IMG/VR virus record: IMGVR_UViG_3300032233_000812
Location: 1 to 25,532 of that record
Strand: one strand, 5' to 3'
Source: a virus
Lineage: Duplodnaviria > Caudoviricetes
DNA: 25,532 bases
Part shown: piece by piece, positions 7,601-15,707 of the stretch
Position numbering within the stretch: position 1 is the stretch's first letter
How the letters are laid out: each line of letters starts with the position of its first letter
Program-made: the position numbers and the translations under genes
Notes under the pieces: model-generated
Seen by the model: only the letters and a program-made list of their open reading frames with translations
Told to the model about the DNA's origin: nothing
The model's database searches: none

Positions 7601-9689
7601 CCTTCCGAAGGTTCTTCTTGCGGGCGAGGATGGCCTTCTTCTTGGCCTCCTTCTGGTTGTCCGGCAGCGCGTCGAAGTACCCTTGGAAGGCTGCCAGCCA
7701 CTCGTCATCCGAGATGGCCTCGATGTTCTTGATCGCGGGCAGCATGGCTACGACAGGTACGTCGAGCTTCTTCTTCTGGAAGAGGTCGAAGATCTGTGAG
7801 TACAACTGCGGCGGCGAACTCGGGGTGTGCTTGTAGGACAGATCGAGCGAGTCCTTGCCGATGTTCTTGAGCGCCTGCTCCTTGTCCACGCCGACAACGC
7901 TTCCATCCGGCAGCAGGATGAAGTTCGCCGCTTTCGTGTCGTGGTTGGACAGCGCCCAGTCCATGACCCGCTCACGCATCAGCGTTTGAAGCTGCGGACC
8001 AGTCAGCGAGGTCACAGGGACGTTGGACAAGTCCTTCGTCCCCATGAGGAACGGCTGGACCGAGCCGTACCCGCCGCCTGCAACTGTGCCAGCAACGACG
8101 GGAATCACCTTGTCCGGTCCCAAGACCTTGGCAGCCAAGTTTGCGTAAGCGCTTCCTGCGGCTGCCGAGGTCGCACCGCCGGACGGCTTGAACAGGTACT
8201 TGTTGCCATTCTTGTCGGTGAGGAACTGCTTGTCGTGAACCCCACCCAGTCCGGTCGCGATGCCCGCCGAGGTCAGCGTAGCCAAAGGGGGAACTGACAG
8301 TTTTCCAAGTCCCGCCTGCGCGGGCGCGGGTGCGCTCACGGGCGCAGGCGCGGGCGTGGGAGGTACAGGTTCGGGCGTAGGCGTAGGTGCGGGCGAGCCT
8401 TGGGTGGTGAAGAAGGCTTTGATCTTCGGGTGCGCGGTGAATCCAAGCTCGGTGTCTATCGCCAGTCCTAACTGAACAGCCCGCGCTGCAAAGTTCGACG
8501 CCGCTTCCTTGTGCTTTTCGGTGACCTTGGAGTCGGTAGCGTAGGCAAGCCGTTGGGCTAGGTGGTTGAGCAACGGAGCGCTGCTCACGGGGTCGTGCCC
8601 CGCCAGCGCTCCCAGCAGCGTCTTGTTGACCTCGATGTCGTCGGGGTCCGTATCTGCCAGCCCCAGCGCTTGCTGCTGAGAGATCGGCAGCGACTGGGCA
8701 GCTTTGTGCCCAACGGTGCTGGTGAACGTGGCTTTGGTGGCAATCAGCCCTGTAGGAGGAAGTCCGTCTACCGCAGCGGGCTTCGGCGGCTCAACAGGCT
8801 TAGGAGCAGGCGCAGGCGGGGGAGCCGCTACAACCGGAGATGCCTTGGCAGGGTGGAACTTGAGCGCGATGTCGCCGTTGTCGTCGGGTTCGGCCTCGTC
8901 CACCAGACCCTTGGCTTGTGCCGCTTGGTAGACCTTCATCAGCATAGGCAGCGCGGCTTCAAGGTTCTTCTTGAGCTTCTTCTGGCCCTTCGCCTTGACG
9001 TACTCGTCCAGCGCCAGCGCGAACTCGCCGTGCTGGAACATCGACTGGAGTGCGTCGGCTTCTGGCGTGTTGGGCGCGTAGCCCAACACAGCAGCCATCG
9101 CCGTCACTTCCGGCGCGTAGGTGACCGGAGCGGGCGCGGCCTTGACGCCCTTGATCTTGAAGCCCGCCGCAACCGCCTTCTCCTTCCAGTCCTTCCCATA
9201 CAGCGCCTCTAGGTGAGCGAGGAGCGTAGGTGACTTGAGGATGGTCTCGGACGCATCATCGAAGTTGATGCTCTTGAGGTAGTCGGCCAGCGGCGTAGCG
9301 GGTGCGCCGCCAGAAGGCATAGCTGGAGTGCCGATGCGCTCGGCCTCCTTCGCTCCCGCCTCCCCATCCTTGGACATGAGGTCGGAGACCTTCGTCTTGG
9401 GGTCTTTCGGCTGAAGCTGGGAGGGGTTGTCGTAGTACTTCGGGATGGTCCCGATGACCAAGTTGTTGAGCGGCGAGCCTGGGTCGGGATCGACTAGGTC
9501 GTCCCAATGCTTCCAGACATTGGCGTGCTTGATGTGTACAGGTACGATGCCCGCTGCCTTGGAGCCGTCCTTGTACTTGTAGGCGTAGACGTAGGTGGGC
9601 GTGACCCGAAAGGCAGATGCTTCAGTCACTACGCTCTGGACGGGAACCAGCGTTTTGCCGGTTCCCAGCTTCGGACCACGCCCACTCAT
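4689..9689 (-). CDS. 1666-aa multidomain protein: two HipA/PI3K-like kinase domains, Pro-rich linkers, possible C-terminal ADP-ribosyltransferase-like domain
   Basis: KYLFKP...DWALSNHDTKAANF...GVDKEQ and KYVVKQ...DWLLSQHDTHGDNL...SIDKEQ; C-terminal AHG/GGADSLF/EWDF; AGGAG SD. Confidence 0.8.
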   Translation of the reverse strand: MSGRGPKLGTGKTLVPVQSVVTEASAFRVTPTYVYAYKYKDGSKAAGIVPVHIKHANVWKHWDDLVDPDPGSPLNNLVIGTIPKYYDNPSQLQPKDPKTKVSDLMSKDGEAGAKEAERIGTPAMPSGGAPATPLADYLKSINFDDASETILKSPTLLAHLEALYGKDWKEKAVAAGFKIKGVKAAPAPVTYAPEVTAMAAVLGYAPNTPEADALQSMFQHGEFALALDEYVKAKGQKKLKKNLEAALPMLMKVYQAAQAKGLVDEAEPDDNGDIALKFHPAKASPVVAAPPPAPAPKPVEPPKPAAVDGLPPTGLIATKATFTSTVGHKAAQSLPISQQQALGLADTDPDDIEVNKTLLGALAGHDPVSSAPLLNHLAQRLAYATDSKVTEKHKEAASNFAARAVQLGLAIDTELGFTAHPKIKAFFTTQGSPAPTPTPEPVPPTPAPAPVSAPAPAQAGLGKLSVPPLATLTSAGIATGLGGVHDKQFLTDKNGNKYLFKPSGGATSAAAGSAYANLAAKVLGPDKVIPVVAGTVAGGGYGSVQPFLMGTKDLSNVPVTSLTGPQLQTLMRERVMDWALSNHDTKAANFILLPDGSVVGVDKEQALKNIGKDSLDLSYKHTPSSPPQLYSQIFDLFQKKKLDVPVVAMLPAIKNIEAISDDEWLAAFQGYFDALPDNQKEAKKKAILARKKNLRKDLEGLVTGLLRARGDIGPEDQFTFEAEEPEPKKKKKNTAGIGALPPEPTSSPSAPPVGSVLSPSPIPDFSSLTTKNEKVAGSTGQSFLFYDGYGKKYVVKQAVSRGGTMKPQPYRAAAQEIFSQVSSVVRPGKSLAVGSIPGGYKGVPATIQPWIENSKPLGKGTSPASLSASAKKDIAEEHALDWLLSQHDTHGDNLLIRPDGSIVSIDKEQGFKYFMGGFPAGGTTIPPDTKLSTDYHPNAAYGEDEAYYNKFWRAFADGSMDFDPKDMVGAIERIEGIKDSDYTQLLSKFAESAPFKDDSQKVAEFYKRALERKKNIRSDFEGFISGLYEKRTKKKGQYTFAGGWVPADAAAPKAAPTPAQPAPSTLKPLNPTAKGVLGLTGLDIFTPAAYVPPPPPPAPPIPPVPAGFSPPPAGKMWETAPASQFFASGAGGHLYKTKDPKDAAGQPDPNSPNIVLKLSGLSLAEAQEALKQAGVPVVAIKEKSPYVLAVTSKDEWEKLKSSKTPIGILKAIPPPPPPPPPPTNQMVPIPKAGQLKSPEATESVEQIKGIENREIGTAKALLADGGAIEHQTMFVQRRLDTAGKPYYRFSFKLREPTWSKISGGKPDDFHYTRATYDAATDSWKDGPKTGNTTDVFKASSWSAGDSKVRLCNTSDGKKTAMGRVFADIYPQPGKTIEESLKDCLDKMQTGLADEVLRKPTKADREKMNMAALLWSVAPAKMDKLPESKRTADNLRKELNALGYTDEDIASIRQERVAFGYNAPVLPGRYKKIRANNPSFGYVAHGMSTPAKVAGHLRNGSVGIGYRMEMGIGTKGATSSGDNHAPDQTSGGADSLFTVPVSSTDDKAFQWGQIEMVYDPAVVDRLDVYAPLGTDPYGAIDGGLFSGRPALEESGSTGRAEWDFRMGIGPEKILKIRTANAELRNKVIEALKLEGITEFNGQKVEDLVISAPEKTKFYNTYLKPAGY

Positions 9690-9729
9690 TGTGCTCTCCT
9701 ACGTCAAGACAAGGTCGAACAGAACGGGA

Positions 9730-10560
9730 CTACAGCAGTTCCATCCCGCCAAGTTCGGCGTCGTCCTCGACATCCAGCACAATCGCGAGCTTCTTGCTGC
9801 TCTTGGCTTCGTACTTCTCTTGGGCGCGAAGCTGGTCGATGACCTCGACGGCGCGGCGAGCGATGCCCTGCGAGCGACCGAACAGCGGGTCGGCAGACGC
9901 ACGAACCGCGAAGCCCGCGTCGATGATGGCCTTCTTGTCGGAGTCGCTCAGTTCCCCGCCTTCCAGACCTGTCTTCTTGGCCGCAGCGCGGAAGACCTTC
10001 GACGCCGTAGCGGCCTTCTCAAGGAAGTCACGGACGTTGGTCTGGAGGTTGGCCGCAGCGAACGCCATCTCGCCCGCGAGCGAGGTGATTTCGACGTTCT
10101 TGACGCTCTTGCTGGGCTTCTTGGACGAGGTCGAAGCAGGCGGGTCGTACATATCCCACGCCAGAGCCACGCCGTAGAACGCCTTCCGGCCTTCAGCGTA
10201 GGGGCCGTAGATCGCGTCCACAGCCTGCTTCAGCTTGACGGTCGCGGACTCGGCGTCCATCGCGGAGCGCTTCAGATCGAGCGACTGCATCGCCTTGGCG
10301 TCCGAGAGGGGCTTCGCGACCTTCAGCAGTTCTGAAGCCGCCTCCTCCAGCTTGTCGCCACCCTTGAGGCTGTCGCGGAAGGCATTCGCCGCCTTGAGGC
10401 AGTCGGCGGGAACGTCCTTCGACGGCTCCGCATCCTTCAGTTGGCCCTTGGCCTCGGCAAGCTGCTGGCGAGCGAGCACCGTAAGCTCGGACAGGGAGGT
10501 AGCCTCACGCAGGCCAATGCGTGAGCGCAGTTCAGCGGTCAGTTTAGCAATCGAACCCAT
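9730..10560 (-). CDS. Ala/Lys/Glu-rich, probably helical hypothetical protein (276 aa)
   Basis: Start reassigned to ATG 10560 (GGAGACTGCT-ATG); the track's longer start overlaps the parB stop and adds a non-protein-like N-terminus. Confidence 0.75.
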   Translation of the reverse strand: MGSIAKLTAELRSRIGLREATSLSELTVLARQQLAEAKGQLKDAEPSKDVPADCLKAANAFRDSLKGGDKLEEAASELLKVAKPLSDAKAMQSLDLKRSAMDAESATVKLKQAVDAIYGPYAEGRKAFYGVALAWDMYDPPASTSSKKPSKSVKNVEITSLAGEMAFAAANLQTNVRDFLEKAATASKVFRAAAKKTGLEGGELSDSDKKAIIDAGFAVRASADPLFGRSQGIARRAVEVIDQLRAQEKYEAKSSKKLAIVLDVEDDAELGGMELL

Positions 10561-10624
10561 AGCAGTCTCCTCGGGAGGGTGAAGTGTCTCCACCTCGGCA
10601 GGGTACTCTAGGGTGCGTACTGCT

Positions 10625-11428
10625 TCAACCGCCTGTGACCACCGCCTTCTCGGTCTCCTTCTGCGCCTTTTCAAGTTCCTTCAGCGCGGACTTGCCCATT
10701 TGCTCGATGATTCCGGCCATGAAGTCGTTGATGTCTTCGTGGGCCAGTCGGCAGTAGGACACCACCTTGTCCATCGCCTTCTTGGTCTTGGAGTTCATCT
10801 GGACGTAGATGTGCTCCTGCTTCCCGTAGGTGAAGACCATGAAACTCATGTTCACCGTGTCGCCGTGCTTGGCGAACAGGTGCTGGATGATGTTCGACAG
10901 GTCTTCGACGGTCTTGGCGTCCTTGGCCTTCTCATCGAACTCGTCCTGCATCTCCTTGGGCAGCGACTTCTTCAGCCCCCGCTTTACGTCTCCGACGAGC
11001 TTCTGGAAGCCCTTCGTATCGACGTACCCCATGAGTTGCTGGAGCGCCTCGGCCCCGTACTTCTCGGCCATCTCGCCGTACAGCTTGGCGAACTTCTCGG
11101 GGTCGAGTTTTCCCTTGAGGACGTTGAGGCGGACGGTGGCGAACTTCTGGAGGTCTTCGTCCTGCCACTTCGCGTCCATCATCACGGCGCAAGGCAGTTC
11201 TTCCAGCCCCACCACCTTGCCCGCCTGCCAGCGGTGCTCGCCGCCGATGATGCGGTAGGTGCCGTCATCCATAGGGACTACCTCAAGGGGGTCCACGAAG
11301 CCGACATCGCGGATTTCGTCGCAGAGCCGCTGGAACGTCAGTTCGTCTTGGCCCTGCGGATTCCAGGTGTTCGGGTGGATGAGGTCAATCGGGATGTAGC
11401 GAAGGTCGAGCTTTTTGGCGGCGGTCAT
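10625..11428 (-). CDS. ParB/Srx N-terminal domain protein
   Basis: IPIDLIHPNTWNP, GFVDPLEV, YRIIGGEHRWQA motifs; GAGG SD; ATGA coupling. Confidence 0.88.
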   Translation of the reverse strand: MTAAKKLDLRYIPIDLIHPNTWNPQGQDELTFQRLCDEIRDVGFVDPLEVVPMDDGTYRIIGGEHRWQAGKVVGLEELPCAVMMDAKWQDEDLQKFATVRLNVLKGKLDPEKFAKLYGEMAEKYGAEALQQLMGYVDTKGFQKLVGDVKRGLKKSLPKEMQDEFDEKAKDAKTVEDLSNIIQHLFAKHGDTVNMSFMVFTYGKQEHIYVQMNSKTKKAMDKVVSYCRLAHEDINDFMAGIIEQMGKSALKELEKAQKETEKAVVTGG

Positions 11429-11646
11429 GCCAGCACCTCTACGAGCGTGGCGCTCTTGGCGGCAGCCACCTTCAGTTCGTTCTGCATCTGCGCGAACGTC
11501 TGCGCTCGGGAAAAGTCGTCCATCTCATCGAACGAGGCGACAAACTCGGGGTCACCGAAGCGGGACGCCCAGCGGTCAGCGATGTCCCGCAGGGCCACCA
11601 GTTCGGAGTGCAGTACTGTAGCCGTGATAGGCCAACCGCTAGTCAT
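11425..11646 (-). CDS. Small hypothetical protein (73 aa)
   Basis: GAGGAG SD 7 nt before ATG 11646; overlaps the stop of the upstream gene and the start of the downstream gene. Confidence 0.65.
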   Translation of the reverse strand: MTSGWPITATVLHSELVALRDIADRWASRFGDPEFVASFDEMDDFSRAQTFAQMQNELKVAAAKSATLVEVLA

Positions 11647-12577
11647 CGCTAGACTCCTCGGCGGACTCGCGCATCTTGAGGGCGGCGGACTCCAGCGCCC
11701 GCAAGCCGTAGACCACCTCGTCAGCGTCATCTACCACGACGAGCCGAAGCCCCAGCGACTGCTCGATCTTGGCGAGGAAGCGCAGCTTGCTGTCGAGATC
11801 TCCTCCCTTCCAGTCGGCGTTCGACAGGAAGTCGAGGCAGATGAGCGATAGCAGCGAGGAGGGCGACTTCTTGAGGTTGCCTGCCAGATCTTGCGCCCGC
11901 TGGATGGCAAGGTTCACCGTCTCGGCCTGCGAGGACTCCATCCGGTAGGTCTTGGTGATCCACTTGAGTGAGTCGTCGTCTTCGCGCACGCGCACGGGAG
12001 TACCTCCATCCAGCCGGTTCGACTCCTCGACGGGATTGGGCTGCTCGGCAAGGTCTTTCTGGATGGCCTCGCGCTCGCGGCGCTGATACTCCATCTTGAT
12101 GCGCTCGATCACCGTGGCGTAGTTCCAGACCTCGGCGTTCTCGACCCAGTAGGCCGCGTTCTCCTTCGTGAGGATACGGATGAGTTCCTTCGCCTTTGAC
12201 CAGCCCAAGCGACAGAAGCGGCGCTTCAGTTCGTAGTTCCCGTCAAGGCCGTTCAGTTCGACCTCGATGCGGTAGAAGATCCGCATGAGCCTCTGAGCCT
12301 TGGAGGAGTGGATGCCCAGTTCGCGCTCGGCGTACTCCCCGATGCTTCCGTAGCCCCACTTGGCGAGGACGGAACCGTTCTTGGGGTCGCCGTCTACCGG
12401 CGCATCGTAGATGCGGTAGAGGATCTCCCCAAGTTCCAGATAGCCCATCTCCACTTGGTCGGCCAAGGTCTTGGCGCGGTGCCGGATGCGAGTCTGCCAA
12501 CCTCGGGTGCCTGCGTCCTTCGCAGGGGCGTACTCAGTAGGAACCGCCGGACTCTCCTCGATCACTTCGTCCATCAC
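11639..12577 (-). CDS. Hypothetical protein, helical, possible HTH-type DNA binder
   Basis: AGGAG SD; segment WGYGSIGEYAERELGIHSSKAQRLMRI; fills operon. Confidence 0.75.
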   Translation of the reverse strand: MMDEVIEESPAVPTEYAPAKDAGTRGWQTRIRHRAKTLADQVEMGYLELGEILYRIYDAPVDGDPKNGSVLAKWGYGSIGEYAERELGIHSSKAQRLMRIFYRIEVELNGLDGNYELKRRFCRLGWSKAKELIRILTKENAAYWVENAEVWNYATVIERIKMEYQRREREAIQKDLAEQPNPVEESNRLDGGTPVRVREDDDSLKWITKTYRMESSQAETVNLAIQRAQDLAGNLKKSPSSLLSLICLDFLSNADWKGGDLDSKLRFLAKIEQSLGLRLVVVDDADEVVYGLRALESAALKMRESAEESSDD

Positions 12578-12887
12578 GCTGTCTCTCCTCGGATAGGAAG
12601 ATGACTTCCCAAGCGCGTACCTCGGTCAGTTTTCCAGAGGGCGTCGAGCGGTTCATAAGCTCGCCCTCGACCAAGACGTAACTCCCCTTGTCGAGTCTGT
12701 TACGGCACAGCTTCACCAGACCATCCACATAGACGTTGATCTTGATGTAGGCGGTGACCACCCCGCCAGAGCCGTGTCGGTCGGAGGCGACGATGAACGT
12801 GCAGACCTCGGAGCCGTTATCTGTTGTTGCGTAGTCAATCTTTCCGGTCACGTTGCCGGAGACGATGACCTTGTTGAGTCCGCGCAT
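12534..12887 (-). CDS. ssb: Bacterial-type single-stranded DNA-binding protein (OB fold, no acidic xPF tail)
   Basis: MRGLNKVIVSGN..., LDKGSYVLVEGEL, TEVRA..VIFL. Confidence 0.88.
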   Translation of the reverse strand: MRGLNKVIVSGNVTGKIDYATTDNGSEVCTFIVASDRHGSGGVVTAYIKINVYVDGLVKLCRNRLDKGSYVLVEGELMNRSTPSGKLTEVRAWEVIFLSEERQRDGRSDRGESGGSY

Positions 12888-13465
12888 GAAGCCATCCTGC
12901 GAGCGAGGAGAAAGACCTCACTCTCGCGGCAGGCTACCACCGCAGCAGTCGCGTCGTACGGATGCTCCCACAGGGAGCGTGGTACAGCACGAAGGATGTA
13001 CGGGCCTCCGTGTTTGGCTTCCGCACCCTGTAGCGGTTGGAAAAGTCCACGAACCGCTTCCTGCACTTCCTCCTTGGAGGCGTCCTTCCGGCCTGTCACG
13101 GCCTTCTTGACCTCCTGCGGAGTGGCTTGGGCGATGGGGATCTTGTGCTGCTGGGCGATAGCAGCCATGACACCCCAGCACATCGCCATCTTGGCGGCGG
13201 CAGAGGAGTTGCGCGGGTAGCTCATCGTCTCGGCGCAGACCAGTTGGATACGGTACTTGCCGATGAGGTCTTGGATCTCCTGCGCGATTTCCTTGGCCCG
13301 TTCAAGGTTGTCCTCGGAGGCACGCACGTTCCGCTTGGCCGCAGACTTCTCGGTGCGGATGACGCCCAGATCTACGAGGTGCTCGCCGGTAGCGTCGATG
13401 CGGACGACAGACCAGCCGATGCTCGCGAAGCCTGGGTCGATCCCTAGAACATGAAAGTCAGCCAT
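12848..13465 (-). CDS. ruvC: RuvC-like Holliday junction resolvase
   Basis: VLGIDPG, ET acidic residue, TPQEVKKAVTG...ASKEEVQ, HPYDATA. Confidence 0.9.
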   Translation of the reverse strand: MADFHVLGIDPGFASIGWSVVRIDATGEHLVDLGVIRTEKSAAKRNVRASEDNLERAKEIAQEIQDLIGKYRIQLVCAETMSYPRNSSAAAKMAMCWGVMAAIAQQHKIPIAQATPQEVKKAVTGRKDASKEEVQEAVRGLFQPLQGAEAKHGGPYILRAVPRSLWEHPYDATAAVVACRESEVFLLARRMASCADSTRSSSPAT

Positions 13466-13796
13466 TCGGCATCCTCGCCAGCGTCCGTTCCACCAGAACG
13501 ATGACGCCTAGAACGCTATCGGCATCAGCGCAGTTGAAGAGCTTCCCGTCCTGTACAGGCAGGGGCTTTTCACGGCCCTTCTCGACCAGCGCCTTGGTCG
13601 CCTCGATCTCGGCGGCGTTCCGCTTCCCCCACGCGGTCTCATACAGCAGACACAACGAGCACAGGAACACCGGAGCCACCGTTCCTCGGGCAGTCCAGCG
13701 AGCCTGCATCTTGTCGCACAGGGAGCAGTTGGACTGCCACAGCGTTTTAGGCAGCGGCGTCAGTATCCGCAGCGAACTGACTTCGGGGTGTTTCAT
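13458..13796 (-). CDS. Zn-finger (CxxC...CxxC) hypothetical protein, 112 aa
   Basis: CSLCD and CSLCL; ATGA overlap with the upstream stop at 13793. Confidence 0.65.
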   Translation of the reverse strand: MKHPEVSSLRILTPLPKTLWQSNCSLCDKMQARWTARGTVAPVFLCSLCLLYETAWGKRNAAEIEATKALVEKGREKPLPVQDGKLFNCADADSVLGVIVLVERTLARMPNG

Positions 13797-14629
13797 GCCG
13801 CAAAGCACTTCGTGGAGACAGGACAAGCCTTGGCTTTGGAGCAGGAGTCCGTCGCGCAGATGCGCTCGGGGAGCGTCTTGAGCGCCACTCCAGCCCAGAT
13901 GCTGCGGATGGTGTCCTGCACACGCCGGATGGTCTCTTCGTCACGGTCGATATGGTGCTCGACCAGCGAGTTGATGCCAGACTCGGCCTTCTGCCAGTAG
14001 AGAATCTTGGCCCAGCGGAAGCCCGTGAACATCATGTAGACGTGCGCTTGGATGATGTGGGCGATCTGCGGAGCGACCTTGATCTCCTTGGCGTATCGCG
14101 AGCCGATGCTCTTGACCTCTAGGATGCCCATGCCAGGCAGTCCTGGGATGACGAGGAAGCCGTCAGAGTGGCCGGTCATGCGGAGGTCGTGGTCTACGAA
14201 GGACGCCTCCTTGTAAGTGAACTCCCGTGCCCCGCACTTGCACTCCTTCGGCATAGGCACCGCCCAGTCCTCGGCGCGGCCCTCACGCTGCTCTCCGTAC
14301 AGAGCCAGACAGCGCTCGCACTTCCATGTCCCGTAGAGGATTCCCATCTGCCCCAGAAGCTGGTTCTGGACGGCCCAATGAAGCGCGGTTCCATGCAGGA
14401 AGGTGAGGTTCAGCCCCGCGTCTACGTCGTCGGGACGGGTGATGCCCTCAAGAGCGCAGAGTACTTCCTCACGCGGGCACAGGTTGGGAACGCTTGATGC
14501 CCGAACGTACGAGGTGTTCGTGAGCGGCGGCTTCTTCCCGTCGCGGGCGAACTGCTTCTCGATGATCTCGACAAGCGACCCCGAACCCGTTCTGGCTGAA
14601 GTCTCTGACAGCAAGTCTGCAAGTCCCAT
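13793..14629 (-). CDS. Cas4/AddB-like PD-(D/E)xK exonuclease
   Basis: LCPRE, GTALH, GHSDG, LEVKS, QAHVYM, C-terminal Cys cluster; GGAGG SD before ATG 14629. Confidence 0.85.
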   Translation of the reverse strand: MGLADLLSETSARTGSGSLVEIIEKQFARDGKKPPLTNTSYVRASSVPNLCPREEVLCALEGITRPDDVDAGLNLTFLHGTALHWAVQNQLLGQMGILYGTWKCERCLALYGEQREGRAEDWAVPMPKECKCGAREFTYKEASFVDHDLRMTGHSDGFLVIPGLPGMGILEVKSIGSRYAKEIKVAPQIAHIIQAHVYMMFTGFRWAKILYWQKAESGINSLVEHHIDRDEETIRRVQDTIRSIWAGVALKTLPERICATDSCSKAKACPVSTKCFAA

Positions 14630-14648
14630 CCGTACCTCCACCTACTCT

Positions 14649-14674
14649 GTAACGCCGCTAGTACGATCTGTTAC
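14649..14674 (-). promoter_or_regulatory. GTAAC-N16-GTTAC element upstream of the Cas4-like nuclease
   Basis: Perfect match, directly adjacent to the TAG at 14675-14677. Confidence 0.8.
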
Positions 14675-15001
14675 CTAGTTCATCTCTTGCAGTTCACGCT
14701 CAAGGGCGGCGCTCTGCTCGCAGCCTTTGCACTTCGTTAGGTGCTCTTCCAACGTCGCCGCCTTGCCGTGCTGGATGCCGTGACGCAGCGCCCGCAGGCG
14801 AAGGTCTTGAGGCACACCTCGGAGACCTACAGCCGCATCCAGCGCCCCAACGCTCCGGCTCCACGTTTCGTACAGCCGCTGGATGAACTTGGGGTCTTTG
14901 TCGTTCTGGTCACAGATTTCCAGCGCCTCGGAGAGAAGCTGCTCCACTTCGGTTTCGATCCAGTCGGTAAAACTATCGACTTCTGACTCGGGCGCGGCCA
15001 T
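14675..15001 (-). CDS. Hypothetical protein (108 aa)
   Basis: TAATG coupling with upstream gene; acidic helical sequence with H..CxxC. Confidence 0.7.
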   Translation of the reverse strand: MAAPESEVDSFTDWIETEVEQLLSEALEICDQNDKDPKFIQRLYETWSRSVGALDAAVGLRGVPQDLRLRALRHGIQHGKAATLEEHLTKCKGCEQSAALERELQEMN

Positions 15002-15441
15002 TAGGACTTGCCTCCTCGGAGACGCTCAAAGACTGCCAGCGGGATGACCGCGAGGTCGATGGGCTTAGACGACGGACTCTGCGGGGTTTCAAACGTGATG
15101 AGCAGCGCAGGCTCTCGTCCCGCCTCTCGCGCCCCTTCACGAATCTTGAGCCACCATTCCTTCTTGATGGACATGGTGCCGGTGTCGGTTCGCTTGTGCT
15201 CGACCCAGAAGTCGGGCAGCGCAAGGTCGCCGTTCTGAGTGATGGTAGCGGGCTTGGAGTCGAGCGAGGTCTGCGCCCCGATGACGTGCTTGGAGAGCCG
15301 CTTGGCCCCAGACTGGGGAAGGCGCTTGCCTCCTAGCTGGGAGGCCAAGCGGTTCTCATGCTTCTTGCTGCGCTTGAAGCGGTCGTAGTTGGGTTCCAGC
15401 CACTTGAGGCGGGTCTTCTGCGGCTTCTCTTCGTCGCTCAT
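15001..15441 (-). CDS. Hjc-like (PD-(D/E)xK) Holliday junction resolvase/endonuclease
   Basis: HENRLA..LGGKRLPQSGA, GDL, VEHKRT, SIKKEWW.KI, PALLITF; GAGG SD. Confidence 0.78.
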   Translation of the reverse strand: MSDEEKPQKTRLKWLEPNYDRFKRSKKHENRLASQLGGKRLPQSGAKRLSKHVIGAQTSLDSKPATITQNGDLALPDFWVEHKRTDTGTMSIKKEWWLKIREGAREAGREPALLITFETPQSPSSKPIDLAVIPLAVFERLRGGKS

Positions 15442-15707
15442 ACGTCCACCTCATCTACGTCTTCCCGCTTCCACTCATGGCCGCACTTGCAGCGGCACTC
15501 CCAGACGATGGGGAAGGTGAGGAACGCCTCCTTCACTTGGAAGTCGGCGCTCCCACACGTCGGGCAGACCTCGGCATCCGGCGCTACAGCGTCGGCTGAA
15601 CCGCTGCCAACAGGGCGTCCGTCACTTGCTTTCGGAACGCCTTGTCCTTGAGCAGCCGCTCCTCGATCTCGGTCTTCTTCTTGAAGGATTCCTCCAAGCA
15701 CTTCCAT
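15438..15707 (-). CDS. Small Zn-ribbon protein (start uncertain)
   Basis: CPTCGS...CRCKCGHEW; stop coupled (ATGA) to next gene; the annotated ATG overlaps recA by 124 nt. Confidence 0.5.
   Translation of the reverse strand: MEVLGGILQEEDRDRGAAAQGQGVPKASDGRPVGSGSADAVAPDAEVCPTCGSADFQVKEAFLTFPIVWECRCKCGHEWKREDVDEVDV

Noticed and set aside
13793-14629. Cas4-like gene as evidence of a CRISPR-Cas system
   Set aside because: No repeat-spacer array or other cas genes; solo Cas4-like nucleases are common in phage recombination modules
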